The translations under genes and the position numbers were made by a program. Below are positions 27,590 through 43,376 of a stretch of 64,000 nucleotides of DNA, in pieces. The DNA is from the human T2T-CHM13v2.0 reference genome, Homo sapiens. Below the pieces are notes generated by a model. That model saw only the letters and a program-made list of their open reading frames with translations, was not told the DNA's origin and ran no database searches. Each line of letters begins with the position of its first letter. The first letter of the stretch is position 1. Where the stretch lies: assembly GCF_009914755.1 (NCBI RefSeq), contig NC_060925.1; one strand, 5' to 3'.

Positions 27590-28435
27590 TCCTCATCTAT
27601 ATCAGTTGTTCAGGCCAATAACCTTGGAGCAACCTTCACTGTTCTTGTTTACTCACACCTCATATCTAAACCATCAGGAATTCCTACTGCTATTATCTTC
27701 AAAATACATCCAGAATCCAATCACTTCTCATCACTGCTATACCCAGATCCACTAGGACTTCATCAGCTGACTAATCTGGTATTAGTACAAGGACAGATCC
27801 TTACACACTTACCATCTATTCTCAACACAGCAATCGGAGTGATCCATACAGATAATGTCCCTCAAAACTCTAAAATGACTCCCTGTTTTTCTCAGATAAA
27901 AAAGGAAAAGCCCTTACAATGACCTGAAAGGACCTACAGAGAGATACTACTACCTAGTAACCCTTTGACTTCGTTTCCTACTCCTCTCCCCAACTCACTC
28001 ACTCTGCTGTAGACACATTGGCTTTTTTGTTGTTGTTTTGTTTTTACTATTCTTGAATATGTTCTCTACTAGCGTAAGGCCTTAGCATTGACTATTCCTC
28101 AGATGGAATGCTCTTTCTCCCAGATAGTCTCATGGCAAACTATTTCATCTTGGTTCAAGTCTTTGCTCAATCATTATCTTCTGAATAATGCCAACCTGGA
28201 CCACTCTAGTTAAACTGACACCCCAAAACCCTTACCTTCTCCACACTGCTGGCATTCTCAAATCTACTTATACTAGTTTATCCCTTCCCCCGCCTCCCAT
28301 AACACTTAACACCATCTAACACACCATGCAATATATTTATTTACTGTGGTTGTAGTTTGTGCATCCCTCCTCTAATACTAAGTTTCACAGGCAAAGATTT
28401 CTATGTACCTTGCTAACTGAATACCTCAAGGGTCA
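27590..28435 (+). mobile_element. L2 LINE fragment
   Basis: Typical L2 3' phrases (tcttcaaaatacatccagaatccaatcacttctca, ctattctcaacacagcaa). Confidence 0.7.
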
Positions 28436-28699
28436 AGAAGAGAGCTGCCCAGAATCTTAGCATTGCGCAAATGCTCCAGTGTGTAAAAACCTTTGGGGAA
28501 CCAAATAAAAGGTTTGAGAATACAGAGCTCCTTAGGCAGACAGAAGGCCATTGCAGCAAAGCACATAATAGGAAAATTTGAAGGCTACACAGTCTTAGTT
28601 AATCAAAAAACAGCTCAAGGGAAGAGTTCAGTATCTGTCTCTCTCTCTCTCCATATTTCTCTCTCTCACCCCTCTCCCTGACTCCCAGTCTTAGAATTA

Positions 28700-28925
28700 A
28701 AATTCAGAAATGAAAAGGTCATCAACAGTGATACAAATACATTTATTTGAATTTTTAAAATGAAGCCATTTTTACTGACAAAGGGTCACCTTGGTTTAGC
28801 TGTAAAGACTGGCTTTGTTAAATGTTACAAGACAGACATTTTCTGTAACCTTAATGAATTAAATCTACAGTACAAAGATTCTGAAGAAATGAGATGTAAA
28901 TTATGCATACAATGTACTGTATAAA
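28700..28925 (+). mobile_element. hAT-Charlie transposase remnant
   Basis: gactggctttgt...gacattttc...ttaatgaattaaatctacag gives a degenerate WL..DIF..LNELNLQ motif of Charlie-type transposases. Confidence 0.45.
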
Positions 28926-29229
28926 CATGTAATTATTCTCACTTGTGACAAAAATGTCAGATGCCACCTTAAAAATACCATAGTTTTCCAAAATTATTTT
29001 AAGAGGTGTGTGAAGAAAACAGTATGTAGACCACTGATCAAACATATAGGGAGAGGTCTATACAACAACTAGGCATTTTTTTCAAAACACAGAACATTTA
29101 TAAAATCTGAGAATGTATTACAATGACCACTGAGAAGCTTCCAACAGAAACAGAAATCACTGTAGACCATATGCTCTGGCCACTATGTAACAAAGCAGAA
29201 AGTTGATACAATTAAAGAGATAATTAGTG

Positions 29230-29615
29230 AACTAGAAAAAGGTCAATACAAAGTATATTGAATGAAGCAAGGGGAGACAAAAGGATGGAAAACAGAGAAA
29301 AGAGTAAGAGCTGAAACTGATATGGTAAAAGATCACACATACATTCCAACATCTAGTTGGAATCCCGGAAGGAAAGAAGAGAGAATATAAGACAGAAGCA
29401 ATACTTCTGAGATAATCGCTGAGAATTTTGTAAAACTGACAAAACACATCAAGCCAAAGCTTCTGGGAGCACCTGGAACTCTGAGATGAATAAATAAAAA
29501 CTACACTTAGATACATCACAGGAAAACTAATGAAAATAAAAGACAATGAGAAAAAAAATCTTAAAAGCAGCCACAGAAAAAAAGAATACCTATAAAGAGA
29601 CAACAATTAGACTGA
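29230..29615 (+). mobile_element. Old L1M ORF1 fragment, resuming at about 37434
   Basis: L1 ORF1-like text (ttggaatcccggaagga, aaatcttaaaagcagcca, acaattagact) that continues as gactaacaatttctcaacagaaac after 37433. Confidence 0.65.
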
Positions 29616-29945
29616 GGAAAAAAAAAAAAAAAAGCAGCTCCCGATGTCCAAGAGCTAATCTCATGCTATCAGACTATCTGATGTTCTGTCACAACGTTGC
29701 CTTAAGAAAAAAATAGTATCTCATAAAACATCCATGTCAGACAAGGTCATTGTGCAACACAAACTACCAAACATCTCCCCCCCTCATTAAAATGAGTGAT
29801 TTGTCACCTTCTTTACCAATTACAGGAATACCTTGGAGATACTGTGGGTTCAGTTCCAGACGACTGCAATAAAGTGAATACTGGAATAAAATGAGCCACC
29901 ATTTTTTTTTTTTTTGGTTTCCAAGTACGTATAAAAGTTACATTT

Positions 29946-30145
29946 AACAGACATGGAGAGGGGAACACACTGGGGCCTATGGGGTAGGGGGTGAAGGGAG
30001 AGCATCAGGAAAAATAGCTAATGCATGCTGGGCTTAATATGTAGGTGATGGGTTGACAGGTGCAGCAAACCACCGTGGCACACATTTACCTATGTAACCA
30101 ACCTACACATCCTGCACATGTACCCTGGAACTTAAAAAAAAAAAA
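29946..30145 (+). mobile_element. L1PA 3' end nested in Tigger1
   Basis: gcagcaaaccaccgtggcacacatttacctatgtaac...catgtaccctggaacttaaaa. TSD aaaagttacattt/aaaagttatgttt. Confidence 0.85.
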
Positions 30146-30234
30146 GTTATGTTTGTACTATACTGTTGTCAATTAATTACACAGAAGCTATTATGTCTAA
30201 AAAGCAAGGTATATAGCTTAAAGTATTCTATTGT

Positions 30235-30575
<341 letters not shown>

Positions 30576-30909
30576 CTAACAGTCATCTGAGCATTCAGTG
30601 AGTTTGATTCTTTTTGCTGAGATTTTTGCCTTAATATTGACAATCAGAGTGGCAGATGCTGAAGGTTGGGGTGGCTGTGGCAACTTCTTAAAATAAGACA
30701 GCAATGAAGTTTGACACATTGATTGACTCTTCCTTTCATGAAAGATTTCTCTGTAACGTGCAATGATGTTGATAGCATCTTACCCACAGTAAAACTTCTT
30801 TTGATATTGGAGTCAATCTTCTCAAACCCTGCTACTGCTTTACTGACGTAATATTCTAAATCCTATGTTGTCATTTCAACAATGTTCACACTATTTTCAC
30901 TACGAGTAG

Positions 30910-31306
<397 letters not shown>

Positions 31307-33087
31307 CTTCAGGTTCTACTTCTAATTCTAGTTTTCTTCCTATTTCTACCACATCTACAGTTACTTGCTCCACTGTAGTCTTGCATCCCTCAAAGTCATA
31401 CATGAGGGTTGAAATCGACTTCTTCCAAACTCATATTAATGTTGATATTTTGACCTCCTCCCATGAATCACAAATGTTTAAGTTGCATCTAGAATAGCTA
31501 ATCCTTTCCAGAAAGTTTTCAATTTACTTTGCTCAGATCCATCAGAGGAATCACTCTAGCTACAGCAGCTGTAGCCTTATGAAATGTACTTAGTGACTTC
31601 AAGGTCAAAATTATTCCTTGTTCCATGAGCTACACAATGGATGCTGTGTTGGCAGGTATGAAAACAACATTCATCTTGTACATCTCCATCAGAGATCTTG
31701 GATGACCAGGTGCATTGTCAATGAGCATATTTCGAAAAGGAGTCTTTTCTAGCAGGTCTCAACAGTAGGCTTAAAATAGTTCATAAACCATGCTGTAACA
31801 GGTGAACTGTCATCCAGGCTTTGCTGATTCATTTATAGAGCACAGGTAGAGATTTCGTATAATTCTTATGGGCCCTAAGATTTATGGAATTGTTCAATGA
31901 GGCTTCAACTTAAAAGTTACCAGCTGCATTAGCCACTAACAAGAGGGTCCGCCTGTCTCTCAGGCTTCAGTTTTGAAGCCAGGCATTTACTTTTCTCTAG
32001 CTATGAAAGTGCTAGATGGCATCTTCTTCTTGTAGAAAGCTGTTTCATCTACACTGAAAAATCTGTTGGTTAGTGTAGCCATTCTCATGAATTGTCAGAG
32101 CTAGATCTCCTCGGTAATTTGCTGCAGCTTCTACATCAGCACTTGCTGCATCACTTTGAGCTTTTATGTTATAACATGGCTTCTTTCCTTAAACCTCATG
32201 AATCCACCTCTGTTAGCTTCCAACTTTTCTTCCGAAACTTCCTCACCTCTCTTGGCCTTCACAGAATTGAAGAGAGTTAGGGTTTTGATCTGGATTAAGC
32301 TTTTGCTTAAGGGAATGTTGTGGCTGGTTTGATCTTCTGTCCAGACCATTCAAACTTTCTCCATATCAGTAACAAGGTTGTTTTGATTACCTACTATTTG
32401 TGTGCTCACTGGAGTAGTACTTTTAATTTCTTTCAAGAACTTTTCTTTTGCATTCACAAACTTGGCTAAATGTTTGCGGCAAGAGGCCTACCTTTTGGCC
32501 TGTCTCATCTTGTATAATGCCTTCCTCACTAAGCTTAATTCTAGGTTTTGATTTAAAATGAGAGACATGTGACTCATCCTTTCACTCAAACACTAATAGA
32601 GGCCACTGTACAGTTATAAATTTGCCTAATTTCAATACTGTTGTGTCTCATGGAATAGGGAGGCCCAAGGAGAGGGAGAGAGACAGGCAAGGAAGGGCCA
32701 GCTGGTGAAGCAATCACAACACACACAATATTGATCAATTCAGTTCACTATCTTGGATTGGGCATGGTTTGTGGTGCCCTAAAACAATTACAATAGAAAC
32801 ACTGAAGATCACTGACCACAGATCACCATAACAAAATAAAAAGTTTGAAACACTGTGAGGATTACCTAAATGTGATACGGAGATACGAATGAGCATATGT
32901 TGTTGAGAAAATGATACCTGTATACTTGCTTGATGCAGGGTTGCTGCAAAATTTCAGTTTGTATAAGACACAATATACGAAAAGCACAATAAATCAACAC
33001 ACAATAAAACAGGGTATGCCAGTGTAAGTTTATCTCAGCTTCAGTCTGCATTCCCCACAGATGAGATTTAGTATGATGGCCAATCTT

Positions 33088-36000
33088 GACACAAATGAAA
33101 ATGAAAACACAACATACTAATACTTATAGGATGCAGCAAAAGCAGCATGTAGAGGAAAATTTACAGCTGTAAATACCTACATTAAAAAAGAAGATGTCAA
33201 ATTAGCCATCTCACTTTATGCCTTAGGGAATTATTACCTTAGGAAAAAGAAGAGCAAACTAAACCCAAAGCCAGTAGAAAGAAGAAAATAATCAATCTTT
33301 AGAATAAAGATAAGAGAATATTGGTTCTTTTAGTCACAAATACTCAGGAGGCTGAGGCAGGAGGCTCACCTGAGCCCAGGAGTTCAAATCCAGCCTGGAC
33401 AACAGACTCTGTCTCAAAAACAAAAACAAGAAACCCCTACCTAAGCCGTCCTCTAATTAAAAAAATTAAGTTGGTTCCTTAAAAAGATCAACAAGATTGA
33501 CAAAGGAATTGACAACAACAACAAAAGAGAGAAGAACACAAGTGAAAAATCAGGAATAGAAGTGGGGGAACACTGGTACCAACCTTAAAAATTAAAAGAA
33601 TTATAACAGAATACTATGAATAACTGGATGCCAAAAAATTGGATAATCTAGATGAAACAGAAAAATTCCTAGAAACACAGAAATTACCAAAATGAAGTCA
33701 AGAAGAAATAGAAAATCTGAACAGACCTAGTACAAGTAAAGAGAATGAACTAATAATCAAAAACCTCCCCAAATGGAAAAATCCAGGACTATGCGGTTTC
33801 ACTGGTAAATTCTATGAAACAAAATTAACACTAATTATTCTCAAATTCTTTCAGAAATGGAAGATGAGACAACACTTCCTAACACATTCTAAGCAGCCAG
33901 CATTACCCTAATACCAAAGCCAAAGATACTCAAAGAAAACTACAAATATCCATTATGAAAACAGACACCAAAATCCTCAACAACTTACTAGCAAACTGAA
34001 ACCAACAGCATATTAAAAGTATCATATAACATAACCAAGTGGGATTTACCCCAGGAATGCCAGGGTAGTTCAACATAAGAAATGCAATCAATGTAACATA
34101 TCACATTAATAGAACAAAGAAAAAACACTACATGATCATCTCAATGGATGCAGAAAAAGCATTTGACAAAATTCAACACTGTTTCATGAAAAAAGCAAAA
34201 CACTCAGCAAATGAGTAATAAAAGGAAATGTCCTCAACATGACAAAGAGCATAAAAACCCATAACAAACATCATACTCAATGGTGAGAGACAAGTTTTTC
34301 CCCTAATATCAGTAAAGAGACAAGGCTACCACTTTTACCACTGCCATTCAACACTGTACTAAAAGTCAGTCAGAGCAATTATGTAAGAAAAATAAATAAA
34401 AGGCATCCAAATTGGAAAAGAAGAAGTCAAACTATCTCTATTTGTGAATGACATAATTCTATTCATAGAAAATTCCTTAGCATCCACAAAAAAACTACTA
34501 GAGCTAATAAACAAATAAAGCAAATTTGCAAGCACAACAGCAACATGCAAAAATCAGTTGTGCTTCTATATACCAGCAACGAATGATCCAAAAAGAAAAT
34601 TAAGAAAATAAATCCATTTGCAATAGCATCAAAAATTAAAAAATAACCAGAAGAATAAGTGTAACCTCATGACCAGCCTGGCCAACAGCGAGAAACCCTG
34701 TCTCTACTAAAAATAAAAACTAGCTGGGCGTGGTAGTGGGCACCTGTAATCCCAGCTACTCAGGAGGCTGAGGTTGCAGTAAGCTGAAATCGCACCACTG
34801 CACCCCAACCTGGGCGACAAAAGCAAAACTCCTAAAAAAAAAAAAAAAAAAAAAAAAAGAATAAATGTAACCAAGAAAGTAAAAGACTTGTGCGCTAAAA
34901 ACTACAAAACATTGCTAGAAAAACTTAAAGGCTTAATTAAATGGAAACACATCTATGTTCATGGATTTCAAGACTTAGTATTGTTAAGATGGCAAAATTC
35001 CCCCAAAGTGATCCCAGATTCAACTCTATCCCTATCAAAATTCTAAAGGCCTTTTTGCAGGATTGTAAAAGCTTATCCTCAAACTCATATGGAACTGAAC
35101 GAGTCCCTGAACAACAAAAACAGTACCGAGAAAGAAAAAGAAGGAGTACTCACACTCCCTGATTTCAGAACACTGATTACAAAACTATAGTAATCAATGT
35201 GGCAGTAGAAGCAGGGTAGACATACAGATCAATGGAATAGATTTAAGAGTCCAGAAATAAGCCCAATCGTCTATGGCCAATTCATTTCCAACAAAGTGCC
35301 AAGACCATTCAATGGGGAAAAGAACAGTCTTCTCAACAAATGGTACTGGGACAACTGGATAACCACGTGCAAAAGAATGAAGTTGGAAGCCTGTCTCACA
35401 CCAGGTACAGAAACTAAATCAAAATGGACCAACAATCTGAATATAAAAGCTAAATTTGTAAAGCTCTCAGAAGGCATGGGTTGGATCCTCATGACTCTTG
35501 ATTTGGCAATGGATTCTTTGACATCAAAAGCACGAACAGCAAAAAACAAAACAAACAAACAAAAAACAGAAATTGAACTTTATCAAAATAAAAATCCTTT
35601 GTTTATCAACAGGTATTATTGAATATATTTGAAATATATTAATATCCAGAACACATAAAAAACTCAACAACAAAAAGACAACCTAATTTTTTAAATGAGC
35701 AAAGGACGTGAACAGATATTTCTCAAAAAAAGATATATAAATGACCAAGCCCATAAAAAGACGTTCAACATCGTGGTCATTAAAGAAATGCAAATCAATA
35801 CTACAATAATACCACTTCATAACCATTAGAATAGCTTTAATAAACAAACGAAAAAACCAAAACTAACAATTACTGACATTGATGTAGAGAAACAGAGACC
35901 CTCATACACTGCTGGTGGGATAATAAGTATGGATAATAAGTTTGGCAGTTCCTAAAAGAGTTGAGCTAGATTACCATATGATCCAGCTATTCAATGCCTA

Positions 36001-37190
36001 GATATACATCCAGGAGAAATGTAAACTCATGTCCACAGAAAAACTTGTACACATATGTTTATAGCACTGTATTCATAAAAGTGAAATAGTAAAAATAACT
36101 CAAATATTCATTAAGGAATAATATGTAAATTGCGGTATATCCATACAATAGAATATTATTTAGCCACATAAAGAAATGAAGCACATGCTACAACTTGCCA
36201 AGTAAAAGAAGCCAGACACAAAAAGTCACATATTCTATGGTTTCTTTCATATGAAATATCCAGAACAGGCAAATATATAGAGACAGAAAGTAAAGGTTAC
36301 TTTACCAGGTGATGGAAGGGGGCAAATAGAAAGTGATTACGTAATGAATACGCAGTGTTTTTATGGGGTGATGAAACACTTTAGAAACTAGAGAGCTAGT
36401 GGTTGCACAACAGTGTAAATACAGTAGTCCCTCATCTACAGTTTTACTTTTCACAGTTTCAGTTACCTGAAGTCAACCACAGTCCAAAAATATTAAATGG
36501 AAAATTCAGAAATAAGCAAGTTACAGGTTTTAAATTGCTATTCTACGGAGCTTGATGACATCTTGCACCATCCCACTCAGAGGGATATAAATAATCCCTT
36601 TGTCCAGTGTATATGTTCTCCACCCATTAGTCACTTAGTAATCATCTTGGTTATCAGATTGACTGTCATGATATTGCAGTACTTTTGTTCAAGAACCTTT
36701 ATTTCACTTAATAATGGTCCCAAAGCACAAAAGTAGTGATACTGGCAATTCAGATATGTCAAAGAGAAGCTGTAAGCCGTTTCCTTTACATAAAAAGGTG
36801 AAAGTTCTCAATAAGAAGAGAAAAAAAATGCTAAGGTTGCTAAGATCTACGTAAGAACAAATCTTCTACTCGCTGAATTGGTAAGAAGGAAAAAGAAATT
36901 TGTGCAAGTTTTCCTGTTGCACCTCAAGCTGCAAAAGTTATGAACGTGGTGCATTTTAAGAGCTTAGGTAAAACAGAAAAGGCATTAAATGTATGGGTGA
37001 AAGACATGAACAGAAACGTGTCTGACTGACAGCAATAAGGTTTGGTACGACCTGCAGTTTCAGACATCCTCTGGCAGTCTTCAAATGTACACTCTATGGA
37101 TAAAGAGGGACTACTGTTCACTAAATACCAATGAATTGTACACTAAAAATGGTTAATCGTATGTAATGTGAATTTTACCTCTGTTTAAAG
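33088..37190 (+). mobile_element. L1M(B)-type LINE, ORF2 and 3'UTR, with nested Alu fragments (about 33335-33430 and 34670-34860)
   Basis: L1 ORF2 text (gatgcagaaaaagcatttgacaaaattcaac) and the track ORF SLLNKWYWDNWITTCKRMKL. Confidence 0.9.
36422..37117 (+). mobile_element. MER44 (C/D-size) Tigger element inside L1
   Basis: TIRs cagtagtccctc...gagggactactg. Confidence 0.85.
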
Positions 37191-37979
37191 AAAGCCAATC
37201 ATAAAATGTCCCATGTCCTGACGACACCCAATCTAGGACACATTTCCACTTCCTTAGACCCTCTCCAAACTACTCAACCAAAGCCCAAATCCTGTAATAG
37301 GTTCCTTCTAATATCCTCTTAGTAAGACACCCTAAAGCTCCCTTTAGTGTGTGATCTCCCTCATTGCAACAAGTAAAAAATGTGCTCAACTACAGGTGTT
37401 CTTGCTAGTCTTTTTGGATGGAGGACATTGACAAGACTAACAATTTCTCAACAGAAACAGAAGGCAGAGAAAACAAAGGAGTAACATCCTCATTAAAAGA
37501 AAATAACTGCCAACTCAGAATCCTAAACAAGAATCATCCAAAAGTGAGGGTGAAATACAGAACATGACCAGACAACAAAAATGAAGAGAATTTCTCACTA
37601 CAGACCTACACTAAAGGGTACAATAGAAAGTGTTCTTCAAAAACAGAAAATGGTCACAGATGAAGAAATGAAGATGGAGGAAAGAATAAAAAGCGATACA
37701 AGTGGTAAATATGTAGGTAAATCTATATAGCAAAACGATGATGACGTTTCATGGTGGCTAAAATATATATGGAATTTAAAAACACAAGAGTATAGTGGCA
37801 AATAAGTTGAGTAAGGGGTACAGTATGGAAGGAAATGAATAGGATTAAAGTGTCTTAGGTTTCTTGCACTGTCTGCAAAAACAAAACAATTAAATTAACA
37901 AATTATCAATCTAATCTAATTTACTTAATTTATTAACAGTTTGATTAAATTAGGTCAAGGGTGCATGCTGTGATCTCTA

Positions 37980-38580
37980 GGACATGAGGTCTGAAAAGTG
38001 TGAGTTGTGGGGCCCAGGGGGCATCCCTAAGACCTTATTAGAGGATCTTCAATAAACAAAACTATTTTCATAATAATACTAACACCTTATTTGCCTTTTC
38101 ACTGCCATTCTCTCACAAGTGTACAATGGAGTTTTCCAGAGGCTATATAAAGTATGATATCTGAACTGAAGCAAGTATAAGAATCCAACTGTCTTCTATT
38201 AAGTGAGACATTAAAGAGATTTTTAAAACATGTAAAACAATGGTACTCTTCTCACTAAATTTTGTTCTGGAATGTATATTTTTCTCAAAATGCTGTTATT
38301 TATGTTAACATGTAATGGAATATTATTATATTAAAATAAACTTATAAACATTTAAAATTTGTTTAATTTCAAAAGCAGTAAATATTGTTCTCAACTGGAA
38401 TCAATACACTTGGAAATGTCTAGAGACATTTTGGCTGTCACACTGGGTAAGTACTACTGGCATCTAGTGAATAGAGGCTAGGTAAAAACTTATGATGCAC
38501 AGATAGTCTCCATCCAGATAGTCCACTGAACAGAAAATTATCTGGCCCAAAATGTCAATTGTGCCAAGGCTGAGAAACAA
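37980..38580. mobile_element. hAT-type DNA transposon fragments, including a MER20-like piece at about 38385-38580
   Basis: aatgtctagagacattttggctgtcac...actggcatctagtgaatagaggc...tatctggcccaaaatgtcaat. Confidence 0.6.
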
Positions 38581-38679
38581 TCTTGATAAAAGCAACAAAT
38601 AACCTGACATAATCATATAAATAAAAGTTATTTTAAAAAGTTCAAAGGGATCCTGAGAAGAAAGAATTTCAGTCTGAGT

Positions 38680-40530
38680 GAGCTAAATAAATGGATAATT
38701 TGCCACTCATGAACTATAAGACCTAATATCATAAAGATGTTAACTGTATCTCAATGAATAGATTCAATTTTATATAACTGATATGAATAAAAATTTATGG
38801 AAAGCAATGAAACAAGAACAAGGTAGGCCTTAGTGGATATAAAGACATTATTATTATTATTATTATGCCATGTAATTAAAACACCATAGTGTTGGTGCTT
38901 TAGATAGACAAAAGTAGACCAATGGGGGAAAAAAACAGAGTCCATAAACAGACCCATATGTATATGGTCACTTTATTTATGCCAAAGCTGATACCACAGA
39001 GCAGTAGGGAAGTGATCTTTTTAATAAATGATGTCATATAAAACATACATTCACATGTAAGAAAAGGTGATTCTATGCCTCACACATTATACAAAAATCA
39101 GTTCTAGATAGAAGGTAGATCTAAATACATAATAAACAATATACAAAATAATAATAGTAAGTTCTAGGTAGATGGTAGAAAGCAAAATAATAAAGATCCT
39201 AGGATAATGTTTCTTAACCTCACCCACTAGTGACACCCTGGCTAGATGTTTGTTTTGTGCATTGTAGGATGCTTAGCATTCTGTACATTGTAGGATATTT
39301 AGCAGCACCACTAGCCCAACTCACTAGATGACCAGAGTACTCCACTCACTCAGTTATAAAAACTAAACATGTATTCACACTGCCAAATGTCCCACCCAGA
39401 TGGTGGGAGATGTGTGGTTAGAGAGGAGGGAACTGCCTCTAGTAGAGAAGCATAGTTTCTGAGCCTAAGAGAATATCTTCATGTCCTTGGAGCAAGGAAA
39501 GACTTCTTAAATGGGACACAAGCAGCATTAACAATAAGAGCAAACAATGATAAAATGAACTATACTAAAATTAAGACCTTCCTTTCATTAACAGATAATA
39601 TTAAGAAGGTGAAAGTCAAGCCAAAGTGGAATGTATATATTTTTTAAATGTAACTAACAAAGAGTCTGTATTTAGAGCATATAAAAACTCCTAAAAACAA
39701 AAGGAAAAGTACAGAAACTCCAATAGGAAAAATAGGGCTGTATGTATAAACCATATAGTTCCTATAAACCAGTAAGTTAGAAAGCTCAATAGTAATTTTG
39801 TTAAGGTGGTGAGGATAGGAGAAGAGACGTTGCAAAAATGGATACCCAAACAACCAGTACATTTATGAAAGGGTATTCAATTCCATTTGGATCAGGGAAA
39901 TGCATCTTTCAGAAGACTAAAATTAAAGGGGATATTAATACCGAGTGTTAGTGAGGATACAGAGCAACAGGAATCCTCATATACTTGATGTGATTGATAC
40001 AACCATTTTGAAAACAATTCATGTGTCATCTTCTAAATTTGAACATACATACACTGGTCAAACCAATGACCCAGATTCTAGTCTTGGTATACACCTAGTA
40101 TAAATGTTGCACATATGCACCAAGAAACATGTACAAGAATGTTCACAGCAGCATTATTCAGCCCAAATCTCCTACAGTAACATGACAAATTGTGATAAAA
40201 TTATACAAGTGAACCATAGCGACATCTGACAAAATTTCTAACTCTCAAACATAATGTTGAACAAAATAAGCTAGACAAAATAATACTTCTGTATATTTCT
40301 GAAAAATTTCAGAAACAAGTAAAAAAAAGTTATTTTCTTTTAAGTCAGGCAAGTGGTTAACCTGGGAAAGAAAAAACAGGGATAGTGACTGAGAAAAGAG
40401 ACATAGGGGGTTTCTGGGTTGCTGGCAGTATTCTATTTCTCGATCTGTGGTGGTCATGGAGTGTTTACTTTGTGGTGATTCACTGAGCTGTACCCTACAC
40501 TTCATGCATTTTCCTGTAAGTATTGTATTT
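38680..40530 (+). mobile_element. Old L1ME-like 3' fragment with nested MER20 (about 39205-39460)
   Basis: Degenerate L1 ORF2 end and 3'UTR (catatgcaccaagaaacatgtacaagaatgttcacagcagcatt). Confidence 0.7.
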
Positions 40531-41237
40531 AAATTTTTAAAAAGACACAGAGCACCATCTTTTATAGCTATATATGTGACCCTAGAAAACAATACATTAC
40601 ACAAATACCTTAACAATTATGGTATTAGATGTCAAGTGCTAGGCAGCAAAAATTATGTCTGGAACAAAATAACTTTCTTGTTATACTTCAAGATCCTTTA
40701 TCTAATTAAATGAAACAAATACAGTATCTTTAAAAGGGCTGCTTGATTTTTCAATATGCTGCAGGAAGACATCATTCAATATATTTAATTTTTCTGTTTT
40801 CCTTTAAGTTTTACATATTTTAATCATTTGAAAAAATTTCAATTTCTTAAGTTTATATAAGAGAAAATAAAATACATATCTTGGAAAACATTAATTACTA
40901 TTAAAGTTGAAGATGTTTGTTTCTAATATTAAAAATCTATTTTCTCACATTTAGACAAAGAAGGGGATTAAGACAGAATGATAAATGACACCTGACCTAA
41001 AGGAGGTTTCTATCAAAAATGTATATACTTCCCTACCCAACAAACTAAGCCTTGGTTTATATTTTTATATTCCATGACATTTTAATAAAACTCTACAATA
41101 CCAATTAATATTTTATTTACAGAAGAATCAAACATTTACTATATTAAGTTGCTCAGTATCAGTTTCCCTCTGAATTTAATCATTTACCTAGAACAGTATA
41201 GTTAATTGCATACAATGTGATTCATTTTTAAGCCACA

Positions 41238-41256
41238 TAGTGCCACCAAGTGGTAA
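41238..41256 (-). promoter_or_regulatory. CTCF-like motif
   Basis: Reverse complement ccacttggtggcacta resembles CCASYAGRKGGCRSY. Motif match only. Confidence 0.3.
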
Positions 41257-41700
41257 CAAATTCTTTTTCCAAAATACCACACTGAAGCAACAGAAAAAGC
41301 TATACTGGAATATTATACTGGAATGGAAAAATCAATCTTTTGACAAATTTAAATAAGACTGTGAAGTATATTAGTATGAAACTTTAAAAATAGAAGAGGT
41401 CTTTTTTTTTGGAAAAGAGTTGTGCATATTATCTTGTGATAGTATTTAGTTTTAGAGTTAAAAATTTTCTTGGAAGGCAAGGAACTATTATATAATGCTG
41501 TAGCATTTACTTTTTGTTGCTTGTTGTTTTTAAATTCCCCACATTTCCTTAGAAGACATAAGTTGCTTTACAAATTAATGAAACACACACACATACACAC
41601 AAACACAATAAAAGACCTGGAACGTTTCATAACAATCTGTTACCCTTGTTAAGTATGGGGAAGGAGTGAGGAGAGTAAGTTTTACTTTTTAGTTAATAAC

Positions 41701-42153
41701 TGTATTAATTTGCTAGGATAACAGAAAAAGCTATACTGGATCTGTATAGCTAGAACTGCCTTTTAACAAAGTCCTGCAAGTGGTGGCTTAAATAACAAAA
41801 ATTTATTGGCTGAAATATCTGGGAACTGGAAGTCCAAGACAAAAGTACAGTAGGGCTGCTTCCTTCTGACTGCTGTGAGGAAAGATCTGTTTCAGATTTC
41901 TTCTTGGCCTGTAGAGAGCCATCTTTTTCCTAGGTCTCTTCACATCGTCTTCCTTCTATTAGTGTCTCGGTATCCAAATTTCTCCTTTTTATAAGCACAT
42001 CAGTGATAACTGGACAAGCCCACCCTAATGACCTCATTCAACTTGATTACCTCTATAAAGACCCTATATTTCCAAGTGAGGTTATAGTCTGAAGTAGAGG
42101 CGGACAGGATTTCAACATAAGAATTTGGAGGAGGATATAATTCAACCCTTAAC
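41701..42153 (-). mobile_element. MLT1 (ERVL-MaLR) solo LTR
   Basis: tgtattaatttgctagg...ggtggcttaaataacaaaaatttatt...taattcaacccttaaca. Confidence 0.8.
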
Positions 42154-42363
42154 ACTACTCTTCTTTTCTGAAATTTTTGTATATTTTTCTTATTTAAAAG
42201 GAGGACAAAAAATAGTTCCTAAAAGTTGTAAAATAACAGAATACTATTTTAATTACATAAAATGTTATCAGCAAAAAAGGACTGAATTTTGATATAAGTA
42301 ATGAGTCATATAGTTCATATCCAATGCACTTTGTCCTAGACCCCATCTCCCACTAACTCTCTC

Positions 42364-42655
42364 TTTTTTTTGAGATGGAGTTTCGCTCTTGTTGCCCAGG
42401 CTGGAACGCAGTGGCATGATCTCGGCTCACTGATACCTTCACCTCCTGGGTTCAAGCGATTCTCCTGCTTCAACCTCCCAAGTATCTGGGATTACAGGCG
42501 CCAGCCACCACACCCAGCTAATTTTTTGTATTTTTAGTAGAGACGGGGTTTCATCATGTTGGCCAGGCTGGTCTCTAACTCCTGACCTCAGGTGATCCAC
42601 CCACCTCGGCCTCCCAAAGTGCCTGGCTTATAGGCATGAGCCACCGCGCCTGGCC
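42364..42655 (-). mobile_element. AluS element
   Basis: Reverse Alu consensus. Confidence 0.93.
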
Positions 42656-43056
42656 CCAACTCTCTTTCTCAATGTACTCATATTGGCCTTACTATTTCTC
42701 GACTATGCTCTGGTTATTTTGCACTTAATATTCTCTGCCTGAAGCTCTTCCTCCAAATATACTTACGGATCATTTCTTTCACATTTGTGTCCATCTCCTT
42801 CTTAGTTCTTCGTAGACCATCCAAAATAAAGTTACTAGAAGAGCACTCTTAGTAACTCTCTATGCCCCTCTCTGCTGATATTTTTCTTTATAGTACTAAC
42901 ACCTGATACATTATTATTTGATCATTTGTTTTTTTCTCCCCACTACAAAGTAAGCTTCTTGAGAAAAGAGACACATTTTGCTCACTGATGTACCCTTGAC
43001 ATCCAAAATAGTGCCTAGAGTGTTCCATTTTGAGCCATAGGTTAAGGTCTAAATTA

Positions 43057-43376
<320 letters not shown>

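Noticed and set aside
34941-35622. L1 ORF2-like ORFs (also 48908-49234)
   Set aside because: Decayed L1 with no intact ORF2.
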